This document shows, one piece after another, positions 40,293 to 53,730 of a stretch of 64,000 nucleotides of DNA. The notes beneath the pieces are model-generated. The model saw only the letters and a program-made list of their open reading frames with translations, had not been told where the DNA came from and ran no database searches. The translations under genes were made by a program, and so were the position numbers. The first letter of the stretch is position 1; each line of letters begins with the position of its first letter. Source of the stretch: Glaucostegus cemiculus (lineage: Eukaryota); contig CDPCPM010000016.1 of assembly GCA_976551045.1 (NCBI GenBank), positions 8,556,001 through 8,620,000 of the forward strand, written 5' to 3'.

Positions 40293-43030
40293 ATATTGGT
40301 ATTGGTATTGGTTTATTATTGTCACTTGACCGAGGTACAGTGAAAAATGTCTCTTGCATACTGTTCATACTGATCAATTCATTACACAGTGCAAATACAT
40401 TGAGTTAATACAGAGTGCATTGAAGTAGTACAGATAAAACAATAACAGTACAGAGTAAAGTGTCACAGCTACAGGGAAGTGCATTGCAGGTAGACAATAA
40501 GGTGCAAGGTCACAACAAGGTAGATTGTGAGGTCAAGAGTCTATCTCATCGTATAAGGGAACTGTTCAATGGTCTTATCACAGTGTGATGGAAGTTGTCC
40601 TTGAGCCTGGTGGTATGTGCCCTCAAGCTCCTGTATCTTTTGCCTGATGGGAGAGGAGAGAAGAGAGAATGACCCCGCTGGGTGGGGTCTTTGATTATGC
40701 CGGCTGCTTCACCAAGGCAGCGAGAGGAATAGACAGAGTCCATGGAGGGGAGGCTTGTTTCTGTGACACGCGGGGCTGTGCCCACAACTCTCTTCAGTTT
40801 CTTGCAGTCCTGGTCAGAGCAGTTGCCATACCAAGAAGTGATGCATCCAGATAGGATGCTTTCTATGGTGCATCGATAGAAGTTGGTGAGTGTCAAAGGG
40901 GACATGCCAAATTTCTTTAGCCTCCTAAGGAAGTGGAGACACTGGTGAGCTTTCTTGGCTGTGGTGTCTGTGTGGTTGGATCAGGACAGGCCATAGGTGA
41001 TGTTCACTCCTAGGAACTTGAAGCTCTCAACCCTCTCGACCTCAGACCATTGATGTAGACAGGTGTATGTACACCACCCACTTTCCTGAAGTCAATGACC
41101 AGCTCTTTCATTTTGCTGACATTGAGGGAAGGTTGTTGTCATGACACCATGTCACTAAGCTCTCTATCTCCTTCCTGTACTCCAACTCATCATTATTTGA
41201 GATACAGCCTGCTATGGTGGTATCATCTGCGAACTTGTAGATGGAGTTAGAGCAGAATCTAGCCACACAGTCATGAATATATAGGGAGTAGAGTAGAGGG
41301 CTGAGGACACAGCCTTGTTGGGCACCAGTGTTGAGAATAATTGTGCTGGAGATATTGCTGCCTATCCTCACTGATTGTGATCTGTTGGTCAGAAAGTCAA
41401 GGATCCATTTGCAGAGGGAGGTGTTGAGTCCCAGGTCTCGGAGTTTGGTAATGAGTTTGCTTGGAATTATAGTATTGAAGGCGGAGCTGTAGTCAGTAAA
41501 CAATAGTCTAATGTAGGTGTCTTTACTGTCCAGATGCTCCAGAGATGTGTGTAGTGCCAGGGAGATGGCATCCACTGTAAACCTGTTTCAACAGTGGGTG
41601 AATTGCAGTGGGTCGAGGTTGTTTGGGAGGCTGGAGTTAATGCATTGCCATGACTAGCCTCACTTCATGATGGTGGATGTCAGAGCCACTGGTGGGTAGA
41701 CATTAAGGCATGTTATCTTGCTTTTCATTGGTACTGGGATGATAGTGGTCTTCTTAAGTCAAGTGGGAACCTGAGATTGAAGCAGCAAGAGGTTAAATAT
41801 GTCTGCAAATACTCCTGCCAGCTGATCAGCACAAGATCGGAGCACACAGCCCGGGACACCATCTAGGCCAGGTGTTTTCCTCGTGTTCACTCTCTGGAAG
41901 ACTGATCTTATGTCTTTGACAGTGATCATAGGTTCAGTTGCATTGGAGGCTGTCAGGGTGGGTGGTGACAATCTACTTCCCTTCTATTCAAAACACGCAT
42001 AGAATGCATTAAGCTCATCAGGAAGGGATGCACTGTTGTTAACTATGCAGCCCAACTTCGTTTTGTAGTCTGTTCTAGCATGTAAGCCCTGCCACAACTG
42101 ATGGCTAGTCTGAGGCTCTATTTTGAATCGGTATTGTTCCTTGGCATTCTTAATAGCTTTCCAGAGGTTATATCTTGATTTCTTGCACAGGTCAGGATCA
42201 CCAGATCAGCAGTCCTCAACTTCAGTAGGGAGTGGTCTCCTGGTTCATCCGTGGTTTCCAGTTTGGAAACACCCGTATTGTCCTCTTTGGTACACAATCC
42301 TCCACACACCTGCTGATAAAGTCTGAGATGGCGGTGACATACTCATCCAGGCTGGCAGCTGAGTCTTTGAACATGGACCAGTCCACTGACTCAAAGTAGT
42401 CGCATAGGAGCTCATCTGCTTCCTCAGACCAGCACTGCATGACTCTCTGTACTGGATCCTCCTGTTTCAGTTTCTGTTTGTATGATTCTGTTTGGTCCGA
42501 TTTACCAAAGTGAAGGTGAGGGGTGGCTTGGAAGGCATCTTTGATGGTTGTATAGCAATGGTCAAGGGTATTTGGGCCCCTGGTGGGACAGGAGAAGGGC
42601 TGGTAGTACTTTGGTAACACACTCTTGAGGTTGGCCTGTTTGAAGTCACCTGCAACAATGAGGAGGGCCTCAGGGTATCCTGTCTCAAGGTTGATGACCA
42701 CAGAGTATAGCTCATTGAGTGCAGGCTTCATGTACATCTGGGGTGGGAGGTAGACCACCATCAGGATAGCTGAAGTGAACTCTCATGGCAGGTAGAATGG
42801 TCGACACTTCACCGTTACATATTCCAGGCTGGGTGAGCGGAGCTTGCTAGGACTGTCACATCTGAGCGTCACAAGTTATTGATTAAGAAGCAGACCCCTC
42901 CGTCTCTAATTTTGCTTGAGGATGCTCTACGATCCATTCGATGGATTGAGAAGCCCTCAGGTTGAATGGCACAGTCAGGTGAAGCAGGTGTAAGCCACGT
43001 TTCGGTGAGACATATCACACAGCTGTATGT
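40293..43030 (-). mobile_element. Rex1/Babar-type LINE, near-complete but disrupted ORF2 (APE endonuclease + RT)
   Basis: CLTETW, GDF and LDHCY (APE); [22 protein letters not shown] and FADDT (RT); LTNFYRCTIESIL C-terminus; tail aataataaa(ccaata)3. Confidence 0.92.
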
Positions 43031-43512
43031 AAATTGACAATGATGGAAAATGAATTGTGGGAACAATGCATTATACAGATTAGGGTTTCTCTGCAAAAAG
43101 AATGTTCTCACCACTGGAAAACAGCTTTATATAAGAAAAAACAATGTTATAAGACTGCAGCAGATGGTCCCACCATGCTGCGTGGTTTGCTTTGGATACC
43201 ATTTTATTTGAGTGCAATATAACATTCATGTGAAGGTAACACTGAGGTTTTAAAATATTTCCCACAATCTACATTTTCTTCATTCATGGATGACTAATAC
43301 AGCCATTTATTTAGCTTGGTCTCTTTTATATTCCTTGATTGCATGTGGACATTTTTAATTTGACATGTAAAGGAATGATAATTTCTTTATCTGTACATCA
43401 TCTTTTCTTACATCATTAATTTTGATCTCAACTTATAGCATGGCGATGATGTCCCCTTCCAATGATTGATAAAGTATCCTCGCATGAATGGTGACTTGAC
43501 ATTTCTGACAAG

Positions 43513-43760
43513 ATGGTAGCATAGCGGTTAGCGTGATGCTATTACAGCACCAGCGGTCGGGGTTCGATTCCCGTCACTGTCTGTAAGGAGTTTGTACGTT
43601 CTCCCTGTGTCTGCGTGGGTTTCCTCCGGGTGCTCCGGTTTCCTCCCACATTTCAAAAGACGTACGGTAGGTTAATTTGGGGGTTTAAAACGGGCGGCAC
43701 GGACTCGTTGGGCTGGAAGGGCCTGTTACCACGCTGTAAGTAAAATGTTAAAAAATTTAA
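43513..43760 (+). mobile_element. tRNA-derived V-SINE (HE1-like), young copy
   Basis: A box TAGCATAGCGG at 43517-43527; B box GGTTCGATTCC at 43561-43571; V-domain gggtttcctccgggtgctccggtttcctccca; CR1-like tail gggctggaagggcctgtt. Confidence 0.9.
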
Positions 43761-44153
43761 ATTGAAACCTTCTATTTGCACTGGTAGTGCAGATCATAAT
43801 TTAAACACTTTCTGTGTCTGCTTTGTCTCTTCCTAGTCATTAAGAAGCAGCCAAAATATGCAACTAAAAATGTGAGTCATGTGATGATTCAATTCTGCTA
43901 AATTCAGGATACTGAACTGCAATTGGGAAATGCACATTTGGCTAAGTGACCGTATCCAATTTTACCTCTTTGCAATTTGCATTTATTATAAATGATTTTC
44001 ATTATAAATTAGATCTCTTTTTTAAAAGAGTATATATGAAATATATACGCAGTAAATTTCTTTTGGATTGAGTGAACAGCAATGTCACTTCATAATTTGA
44101 TCTGATAGGACTCAAGGAAGTACTTGTTTCTGTTCTGTCTCTAAGAAACTTAC

Positions 44154-44302
44154 CTCTAGAAAGCGCGAGATGTCCCTCTTGTCACTGACTCCCATTGCCA
44201 CCACGTTTTCAAACAGCCAGAAGAATGGCCTGTTGTCTCCTTCTTTGGGTCTTGTTTCATGAAGTAGACGGTAGAACTCAAAAAACAGGCGGCCTGTGCC
44301 CT
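44154..44302 (-). CDS. DNMT3A: DNMT3A coding exon (exon 19 equivalent), ENV motif VI
   Basis: (E)[49 protein letters not shown], inside ORF 44112..44351; acceptor tttttAG, donor GTaagt; 149 nt. Confidence 0.98.
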
Positions 44303-46448
44303 CTAAAAAGTAAATAGAAAATAACACAGTGACTGTTGTCTTACTGGACACTTTAAGTCAACAGAAACCCGTTCCAAGTACTTGTCATGTCTCAACAGAT
44401 TTGGATCTACTGCAATGTCTAAGAAATCAGTATCTAGCCCTTAAACTCTGTCATGGCCATTAGATTAAATAATCAACATTGAATTTCAGTGTTGAATTTG
44501 TGTGCAAACCATAGTGCACAGGTTGAAGCTTATGCTCACACTTGTAGTGAATACATTTTATGACATTCAGGTTATACCAAACACACGTATGGAGTACACC
44601 TGAACCCTTATGATGAGAGGAACAGAATCACAGATGAGGTGGAGGTCAAATCGGCAAATTTGCAAAACTCAGCCCTAACTCACCCCAAATGTCCCTCCCT
44701 CAGGTTAAGCACTGTTGGGTTTGGGGTCATTATGTTCACCTCTCTGGAGAGCAGCTCCATGATAATGTGTTACATGGTTATGTTACTCAGACTTTGGCCT
44801 ATTTAAAGATGGTTAGTTCCTTGGACTCAAGATATCCAGCAGCCAGAGGGAGGCGGCAGCAGCCTTATCAAACAGACAACTGGGACAAATGGAGCTAAAG
44901 TCTGCCCCCTTGAATATACTTGATCAACCAACCACCAACTGCATTCTGGTGTCGTTTCTCTGCTCACTCCCAATTACCTGCCAGATGTACTGATCAAACC
45001 AGACTCTCTCCATCATCTTATTCTTACTATCCAGACTTCCACGCACATTTGTTCCCAGTTCCCCATTTGTTTTCTATTATCATTTTCCCCACCAGCCTGG
45101 TGATCTTTCATGGAATGTTCTCATTCTGGTCTTAGTTCCTGGTCTGAACAATCTATTCGATATCCTGACCTTCCCAACCAATTCCCAGCATTTTCCTCGT
45201 CACCATTTCCAATTTTAAACACCACCATCCCTCCTTCACGAAAACCACAATGTCTCCTGGTTGACAGAAATAGACTTTAGTGGTTCCTGTCTATGCCTTG
45301 ACTGCTCCTGGCATTTCCAGCTCAAAGCCAGTCAATCAATATAGATGAATGTGGTTAGAAAAGGGTAAAACATTAACAGAAACTAGATGTTCCTGCAATT
45401 TCCAGTAGTCTCTCTTCAAACATGTGGACCAGGTTCCTTTCGGTAAATCCTGATGCAAGAGAGTTCATTCTTCAGTGCCCCAGTGAGCACCAATCATCAT
45501 GGAGCATTATAGCCAGAGGTACAAAGCTTGAACAGAGAACAAAAACCAGGCTCAATAATTATTTAATTGCCTGCATTAATTTATTCCCACTATTAATCAT
45601 TTTTATTGCTACAGTTGCTGTGCAGATAACTATAAAGAATCTCTCTCCTGCACAACCACCAGAGAATTGATAGTAGATACAAGATACTGAGGTAGAGTAT
45701 TGATTCTCTGCTGTGATGCATTAATAGAAGTTTTATTAATCAATAACCTCTGCTTTGCCACTTAGCTTATTGAAAGATTGATGTCAGAAAACATTTCACA
45801 CTGCAATTACCATTTGAAATATCTTAGACCAAAATGCTGTCAAGATAGCTTCTGGGGCTAAGTTGGATAGTGCTGGAAAAAGGCTGCTGTCATCATGATG
45901 CAGAATTAAAGCCTGTGCTTTCAACCTTGCTACACACAAAATCGGTTAACAGGATTTTGATGAATAACGAGCACTAAACATGATCTTGATTGCCTAAGCA
46001 TACAATAAAGGGCCCAATTTAATGAATGGTCAGATGCAGTTTAAAATAGCAGTGATTACAGTATGCTGGGATTTTGTAAAGGGGATTCAACAGGCCTTTG
46101 CATCTTGTTTAGCATGTGCAAGAATAGACACCCAATATTCTGATACAATACTGGTGTTTTTGGTCGATAGTGTGGAGAAACAGAGAAAATCAAGCAGAAT
46201 TCTAGACAAACAGTCAAAGTGGCAAAAAGAGCCAACAAATTAGGTGAATGTAAAAAGCCATGCTTCAAGAACATAGACACACTGCTGCAAGGTTTAAAGA
46301 CCTTACATGCATGGCCAAAGTCAATGTACACATTATGAATTTCCATCTTCTAACTACAGCTCCAGCAGCCTCACAAACTGCTCCAGACATTACACCTTCA
46401 TTACTCACCTACAATTTCTTTCAATTATAATCCAACCTAACAATGGAA

Positions 46449-46500
46449 AAAAGGTGCAGAACCACCATAGCAACACAAAAGGTGCAGAACCACCATAGCA
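46449..46500. repeat. Tandem duplication, 28-bp period
   Basis: aaaaggtgcagaaccaccatagca at 46449 and 46477. Confidence 0.9.
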
Positions 46501-46949
46501 GCAGAAAGCCATTGGTACGAAGCTATAGTTCCAACAGCTGGCTGTCTGAGGGGCTGGATGCTGACTATTGTTGGAGCTGCTGTCACAGAGCTCAAAGTTA
46601 GTACCAACACAGCAATTGATAAAGAGGAGGATTTGATCAAGTGTAATTATCTTTCTCATGTCCCACAATCTCTTCTGATGTACATTGCCCTACTTCTGTC
46701 TTGCACCCTATCCTTTATCATAACCCTGCCTTTGTGCCTTTCTTCCCTCAGGTCAAGAATGAACATGTAGCAGCTTTAGAGGGAAAGCATATCCATCATC
46801 TGTTGTGGAAGAACTTGACATTCACAACCATCCAGTTCAGAGACATGCACTTCCTGTACTGTGGACAGTAGCTTAAAGAATGTGCTGAAATAGTGGACAT
46901 AAGCCAGGACAGGGCATTGTGTGACCTCAGTGCCAGAACCGTTTTGCTT

Positions 46950-47150
46950 ACTCTACCATTCAGTAAGAACATGACACGCAGCTTTCCTCATCAACTTTTC
47001 TGTCTTCTCCCCCAAACCTCTGATTACCTTAACAATTAAGAATCTATCTCCCTGAGCTCTGAATGTATTCGAGACTCCAGCCGCCACACCTTTCTTGGAC
47101 AAAGAATTCCAGAGATTTACAATCCTCCAAGAGGAGAAATTCTTCCTATC
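46950..47150 (-). mobile_element. Decayed CR1 3' fragment
   Basis: ORF 46953..47174 (RKNFSSWRIVNLWNSL...DRFL). Confidence 0.75.
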
Positions 47151-49085
47151 AGAATTCTGCCCAGGTGAAAACAATGATAGAGTAGCTGATGGAAGGTGAC
47201 TGCTAAGGCATGCATAATGCCTTAGCAGTCACCTTTGTGCATTGGCAGGCATACAGGAAAGCAAGTGAAATGCCAAGGAGTGAAGGGTCCAGCAATAAAC
47301 TTGCATTGGACTTTTTGGGAGTGTGGGGCCCACCCTCCCCATTATGGAAATAATGGGCGCAATCATCTTGCCAAATCCATTGCAGTGCAAGTAGAAGCCA
47401 AGAAGATTGCTGTTTAAGTTCACAATTCATGGTTCCACTGTTCCATTCTGGATACCACTGTTCAAAGGACATCTTGGGAAGTAATGGCAGAGCTCAATCT
47501 GCCTTCTAATAGTTTACTGATTGTTGAAGTGGTTTCCTTGAAAAGTTGTAGCAACTCCTTGATGGAAGAATTAACTGTCCTCTTGTCAAGATAAAAGCAT
47601 TTGTGATTTCACCAAAGCCGTTCCGTCAGCCGTCTTGTTGTTGCCCGATAGTCAGACAGCTCAGGAGAAGCTCAGAAGGCAGAAGTATGCAATGGTTTCT
47701 TTACCTTGCATACCACACTTGCATTTTCAGTTTGGTAGGTGGAATGCCTGTCAAGTGGGCTGCTTTGTTCTGGAACATGTCAAACTTTGAGATGTTGGAG
47801 CAGTGCTCATCCAGGCAAATTGCCACTTTTCTAACACACTCTTGACCACTACCTCTTAGAAAACATTTGAGCAACCAGGAATTAAGTCATTTGCATACCC
47901 TGTGTCTCTGTCATCACTATAATTATGTTTCTGCTCAAAGGTAACAGTCGGGGGATTCAGCAAAAGTGATACAGTTGAAATTAAGAGAGGCTGTTAGTCT
48001 CTCTCTTGTTGGACACTGTTACCACCAAGTAATTTTGTGTTGTAAGTGTCACTTGCTACTTCAGTATCCATGCTGAGTTAACCAGGTCTTGCTCCATATA
48101 GAAAAGGCAACTTTATTGCCAGGGAAGGAATGATTCAGATTTCTTCTTCATAAAAGCAAGTTATTTTTGCACAACATCCTCAAGGTGATGCAAATCCAGT
48201 GGCTGTCTGGCCATGAAGTTCATGATCCTTTGATCCCAGACCTTATCCTGCCTGCTTCTCTCCATCCAAGAGGCAGAGGTTGAATTGAACTCTCCATGAA
48301 TACAGAGCTTTCATTACTTTCATAATGCAGTGGTGGGAAATGTAAGTAATGCCTCGAGTACCAATCTGGAAAGAGCCAAAGGTAAAGGAATTAAGTGAAA
48401 TGGTGACTTTCACTACCCCTGGCAGGGGTCTTCAAGCCTGCTCTGCAGCAATTAGTTTAGTTGCAGTATGTAGCTGGTATCCGCGAGAACCTTTGGAGGT
48501 TCTTCTTGATGTGCAGCCCTGCTCCTTGGTCAACTTGATAATAAAGACATGCTTGCAGAAAGCCCATTGTAGAATGGGACTCTTACTGAATTCACTTCCT
48601 GTCTTCTGCTTCCAGGTGCCCCTGGTTTGTGGGCCTTCTCATCCTACTCCTGCTTGTCAATTGTTGGCCGTGAAGAATGGCCAACAATGTCTCCAGGTCA
48701 GGCTGCAAATGGTCCATGCTCATCTTCTCCTGACCTTTCAAACTCCAATGTTATTCAATGATTAATCTCCAGTAAATCTGCATCACCAAATATACTACCT
48801 ATTAATAACTAAGAAGCCTGTAGGTAACTGAGGATCCTGTTACACATCACAGTGGGGAGGGGATGGGAGGTTGTGATGACTCCTCCTCTGGGGTTCCCCA
48901 TGCCTCCTTAACTCGTGATATTACCTGGATTCTGGTCATCCGGTTTGGCCACCCTTCCATCAAATCAACTTTTCTCTGGGACTGACTTTACATTCTAAAC
49001 ATTACACATACTTGCCCTATGCACAAGCTCTGTGCACATTACTGCCTTTGCCACTTTGGTGAATGTCATGAATTATGCTACAATT

Positions 49086-49212
49086 TAGAACATAGAACAT
49101 TACAGTGCAGTACAGGCCCTTTGGCCCACAATGTTGTGCTGACATTTTATCCTGCTTGAAGATCTATCTAACCCTAACCTCCCACACAGCCCTCCATTTC
49201 TCTATCATTCAT
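49086..49212 (-). mobile_element. CR1 extreme 3' tail
   Basis: tagaacatagaacattacagtgcagtacaggccctttggcccacaatgttgtg, resembling the 21355 and 22095 ends. Confidence 0.8.
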
Positions 49213-49786
49213 ATTTTATGCAAGAAAATCAAGACACTTCAGTACCTCTGACACCCAAACCATGGGACTCTAACTTTGGAACATACCCCAATCAAGAAAA
49301 CTGATGAAATTTATATCTTTCCTTGATAACTAAAGTTATGGAGGTAATTTTTTGAATAAAGTACATTTTTGAAAAGATCAGTCAACTATTGCTTCATTAC
49401 TGTGAAAACATCAGCCTGCCTCCATGATTTAACTGATGCGTCAGATCATCTTGCTATGAAACAAAAGGCACATTTGGTGAAGCTATTCTTCTTCTTCTCC
49501 TGAAACAGAGTTAAAATCCAAATCAATCTGGAACATGAAAGCCTTCCCCCCCCCACCCCAAGTAATAGGTGTAAATATGTTAACTACAAAATATAATTCA
49601 CTCTACCGTTCCATTGAAGCCCAACTTAATTGAGTTATTGTACAGATACAGTGACTGAAAAATTAATCAAGCCATTGACCAAGCTAAGGGGGATGGTGAG
49701 GTTCAGGAGACTGAAGTGGTGAAATAACAACTAATTCAAATACTTGGGTAAAGAATGAGCTGAACAATTGATGATCATCATAATTA

Positions 49787-49924
<138 letters not shown>

Positions 49925-50051
49925 TCAGCTTTCATTAAATACCACTGTTAACATGTCTATTTAATTAGTTAGAGCTATGTGAACTACTGATTCCTTTACA
50001 TTACCATATAATTAATTTTCTTACATAAGTTTATATATAAGCTATAGATCT

Positions 50052-50070
50052 TATATATATATATATATAT
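50052..50070. repeat. (TA)n microsatellite
   Basis: About 9 TA units. Confidence 0.9.
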
Positions 50071-50671
50071 TCTGGTAAGATTTTGAAAGAACCTGTGCTC
50101 ATATGACTAACAGTATAACCACTGGCACTCAGACATGGTCAACTGGAAATTCTTCAGCAGTTGGAAAAACATTTAAAATGGGTGATACAAAGCAGGCCAA
50201 TGAGTTTTTGTTTGATGGCCAGCTGCTGCAAAATTTTATTAAGCACAAGTATCGCTCCAATGCAATTGTACCAGCCTTGCACACCAGAGATGCTCAAACA
50301 CCTATCTACAGATGTTCTGCACTGGGGAGTGTGCAGGTTCCCTTCACAACTAAGTCAGGAATCCTGTTCATGGGTTCTAAGAGTAGAGGTTGAGGGAAAG
50401 AAGAGAGAGGTGCCAGTCAGAGGGGCCTGGGGTTAGAGAGTTGAGTGGAGCATCAGGGATGCTGAGGGTCCCTAATGACTGATGGAGGCACAATGAAGTT
50501 CAGTGTGGAGGGGTATTGGGGCCCTGGTTGCACTTATGAAGGAGGAGTGAGATCCAAGGGAGAGCTGCTCTGTGAAGCAAGTTTTTAAGTTAAGCTGAGT
50601 CTATCTGAAGCTGGTTTCCAGTGCCAGATTTCCCTAGACTGGGCCTCCTTTGTCTTCCAATGAAGCCGGCA

Positions 50672-51015
50672 GGGTTGTACTGTGGCACAGCTAATAGAGC
50701 CATCGCCTCACAGTGCTAGAGAACCAGTTGAACCCTGACTTTGAGGCTGCTTCTGTGCACTTTGCATGTTCTCCTTGTGACTGTGTGAATTTCCTTCAGC
50801 TGTTCCAGTTTGTTCCCACATCCCAAAGACAAGCTGGTTGGTAGGTTTATTGATCACTGTAAATTGTCCCAAGCATGTAGAAACTGAGGGAAGTTAATGA
50901 GAATGTGGGGAGAATAAAATGTGATTAAGGTGGGATTAGTGTAAATGGGTGGTTGATATTCAATGTGCATTTGACAGGCAGAAGAGATTGTTTCCATGTT
51001 TTATCTCCATGGCTC
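50672..51015 (+). mobile_element. Older V-SINE copy
   Basis: gtggcacagc A-box-like start; decayed V-domain tttgcatgttctccttgtgactgtgtgaatttcc...cccacatcccaaagac. Confidence 0.8.
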
Positions 51016-51759
51016 CATGATGTAACATGTGCTGTGAAGGCCTCTTTCTGCGTGATAGGCTTTCCACTGGATAGCGCTGCACACATTTGGTGGCCTTCAT
51101 CTGTTAGCAGGTCAAATGCATGGAAAATCAGAGGCCACAATTTTCTTTTATGACTTTTTCACTGAAATCTAATCACATAGTACACAGAAACTTGGTGTGA
51201 TGTAAAAGTATTGATGGGTCATTGTGACATGATCTAAGAATCATGATTCTTAATGTCCAAATCTAGGTTTCATCAACAGAGAGGTAACTACTGGAGAAGA
51301 GCGGAACTGGTTAACAAGTCAGGAGTAACTGCTGACAAATAACTCAGAGCAGCAGATCAAGAGTGGTTTGGGATTACTTAGCCACACACTCTTGACAGCA
51401 AAACACTGCAATTGTTGAAAGGATAAAAAAGAACATTTAAAAAGCAGAAGTGAGTATTTTTATCTATAAGTTTTATATTTTATCTGGATCAGATGACACT
51501 CATTTTTTCAAATGCATTTTTTTTAGTATCAACTATGCACCAAATAACACCTGTTTTCAGTCTGTATCAACATAAATTGGAGTTTACATTAAAACTTAAG
51601 ACTTTCAACCAACAGGGAGAGATTTCTTTCAGCTTGCACCTGCTGAGATAGTCATTCTAGGGATGCTCACTAGTGACCCTGCTTCTGGCACCTAGCACTG
51701 GAGGCATCATTATGGCAACAGACGGCCATGCAGGGTGGATTGGGGACCTCTGGCCAGGA

Positions 51760-52520
51760 GGCAAAGTCATGCCTATCTTCAAAAAGCCAAGTTCTGTATG
51801 GTCTTCAGAGACACCACATCCTATCTAGCCCTCTCTAATGAGCAATACATCAGTGGGTGCAGGTTTTCCAAGGCAGTCATCACTGAGGTATGTGAAATGT
51901 TGCAGGAAGACCAATAACCACGGTCCTGTGCCTGGACTGCTCCAGTGTGGAGGACAAGGATGCATTGCCTTGACTTCCTCACTGCAGGATATTTACTAGT
52001 AGCTGCAGCAGATTTCTACCATGTCCTCAATTTGCTACTCAGTGCAGTGTCAGATAGGTCATTCAGGCATAGTATTCATAAAGGAATGACTTTATCTACT
52101 TTGAATTCAGTGAAGAGGCGATGATTTCTTGGACAGTGGGATTCGCCAGTAATGCTGACTCCCCCTAGCTGCAGGCAGTCATTGTCCATTTGGGGTCCTG
52201 CTGGTTTCCACTCGCTTAATGTTCAGCTGGTTGCAGATTATAAAAGAATATTCTGATTGTGAATAGCACACTTCCAGGAAGCACACAACACCTTCATCCT
52301 GAGGGAATCTGTACTACTGCACAACTTGAGTACAACAAAACGCACACAAGTACCAGGTTAGCAGTGGAAACCACCATGTTCTTCAAAAGACAATGTTTTG
52401 TGGCCTGCATCAGTCTGACGGCCCCTGGCAGCTCACACCCAACAGGTGTGCATATTCCATTGTCTTGTGTTGCAAGCTGAACAACAGCTGAACACTGGCA
52501 GCAGCTGGTGCCAGAGGAAG
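51760..52520 (+). pseudogene. PIF/Harbinger (HARBI1-like) DDE transposase relic
   Basis: Broken frames in the expected order: FRDTTSYLALSNEQYISGCRFSKAVITEVCEML; LDFLTAG; GFHSLNVQLVAD; PGST; EYNKTHTSTRLAVET. Multiple stops and deletions. Confidence 0.8.
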
Positions 52521-53139
52521 ACAGCAAGGAGACCTGGAGCAGAAGGTCCATAAGGCAGAGACTGAAGTGCTTCAGGAACAAGAGAACCAGGTGGAAGAAG
52601 GAGCCAACCGGAGAATGACCATGGTCAGCATCCACAGCCTCAGCTCCAACCAGCATGGAGAAGGGAAGTATTGTGAGAAAATGAGTTCTCTTGTAGATAA
52701 ATGTTTCTCCTCAGGAGCCTGGAAATGGAATTCCCAATGCAAACTAAGTGACCTCTCTATACAATGATCCTTAATACAACAGTAATCAACTGGAAGAGGC
52801 TAGATCATGCATAAAATTCTCACATCCTGCTCTGCAGGTCCATCTGCACCATATATAATGCATGAATGAATGAATCTCTGCTCCAATTACTTTAAGAACT
52901 TGCTGCAATATATATTTCCTGATGAATGATACCTCACTCAGACACTTGTATAAAAACACGTTCTCATTTTCTGTGAGGATCTCCACTCTGTCGGTATAAA
53001 AGGCAATGTGCAGACAGCCTTGACAAAACTTGTGAAATTTCCATCAGAATTGCTCCATTGTGTGAGGATTCTCACTCCTGGAGGAGATGATAGTAACCAC
53101 CTTCCATCAGCTTTTAACAGTGGTCCTGGTGGCTCTCCT

Positions 53140-53730
53140 GACCCCCACGGTGCAAATGTCAAATACTAGAGGGCATTGCTTTAAGGTGAGAAGGGGAAAA
53201 TTTAAAGGATATTTACAAAGCGATTTCTTTTTTTACACTGAGAGTGGTAGGTGCCTGGAACATGCTACTGGGGAGATGGTGTCTTTGCCTTTCATAACTT
53301 TATATATTTCTATCAGGTCTCCCCTCAGCCTCTGAAGCTCCAGAGTAAGTAATCCAAGTTTGTCAGACCTCTGCTGATAGCAATACTCTGCAATACAGGC
53401 AACTTCCTGGTAAACCTCCACTGCACCCTCTCCAAAGCCTCTATATCCTTCCTGTAATTCGGCAATCAGAAATGCACATAATACTTTAAATGTGCCCTAA
53501 CTAAAGTCTTACGCTGCTGCAACATGATTTCCCGACTTTAATAATGCCCTGACTGATGAAGGCAAGTGTGCAGTACTCCTTCTTTACCATCCTATTTACT
53601 TGTGTTGACATTTTCAGGGAGCTATGGACTTGTATATCAATGCTCCCAAGGGCCCTGCCATTTACTGTATACTTTCCCCTTACATTTGACCTTCTGGAGT
53701 ACAATACCTCACACTTGCCTGGATTAAACA
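53140..53730. mobile_element. CR1 fragment with internal inversion
   Basis: 53730->53285 on the minus strand ends at GDLIEIYKVMKG. The next ORF2 segment (SNTRGHCFKVRRGKFKG) lies on the plus strand at about 53140-53280. Confidence 0.8.

Noticed and set aside
43513-43580. tRNA gene
   Set aside because: A and B boxes are present, but the sequence runs into a V-domain and LINE-like tail with no convincing cloverleaf, so it is a SINE head.
44112-44351. 79-aa ORF as a standalone gene (likewise 34276..34488)
   Set aside because: Only the AG..GT-bounded core matches DNMT3A; the rest is intronic read-through.
44473-44495. Short inverted repeat tcaacattgaa-t-ttcagtgttga
   Set aside because: A short AT-rich imperfect palindrome within chance expectation, with no supporting context.
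46405-46900. Possible third Harbinger-like relic
   Set aside because: Only a vague resemblance, with no diagnostic motif recovered.
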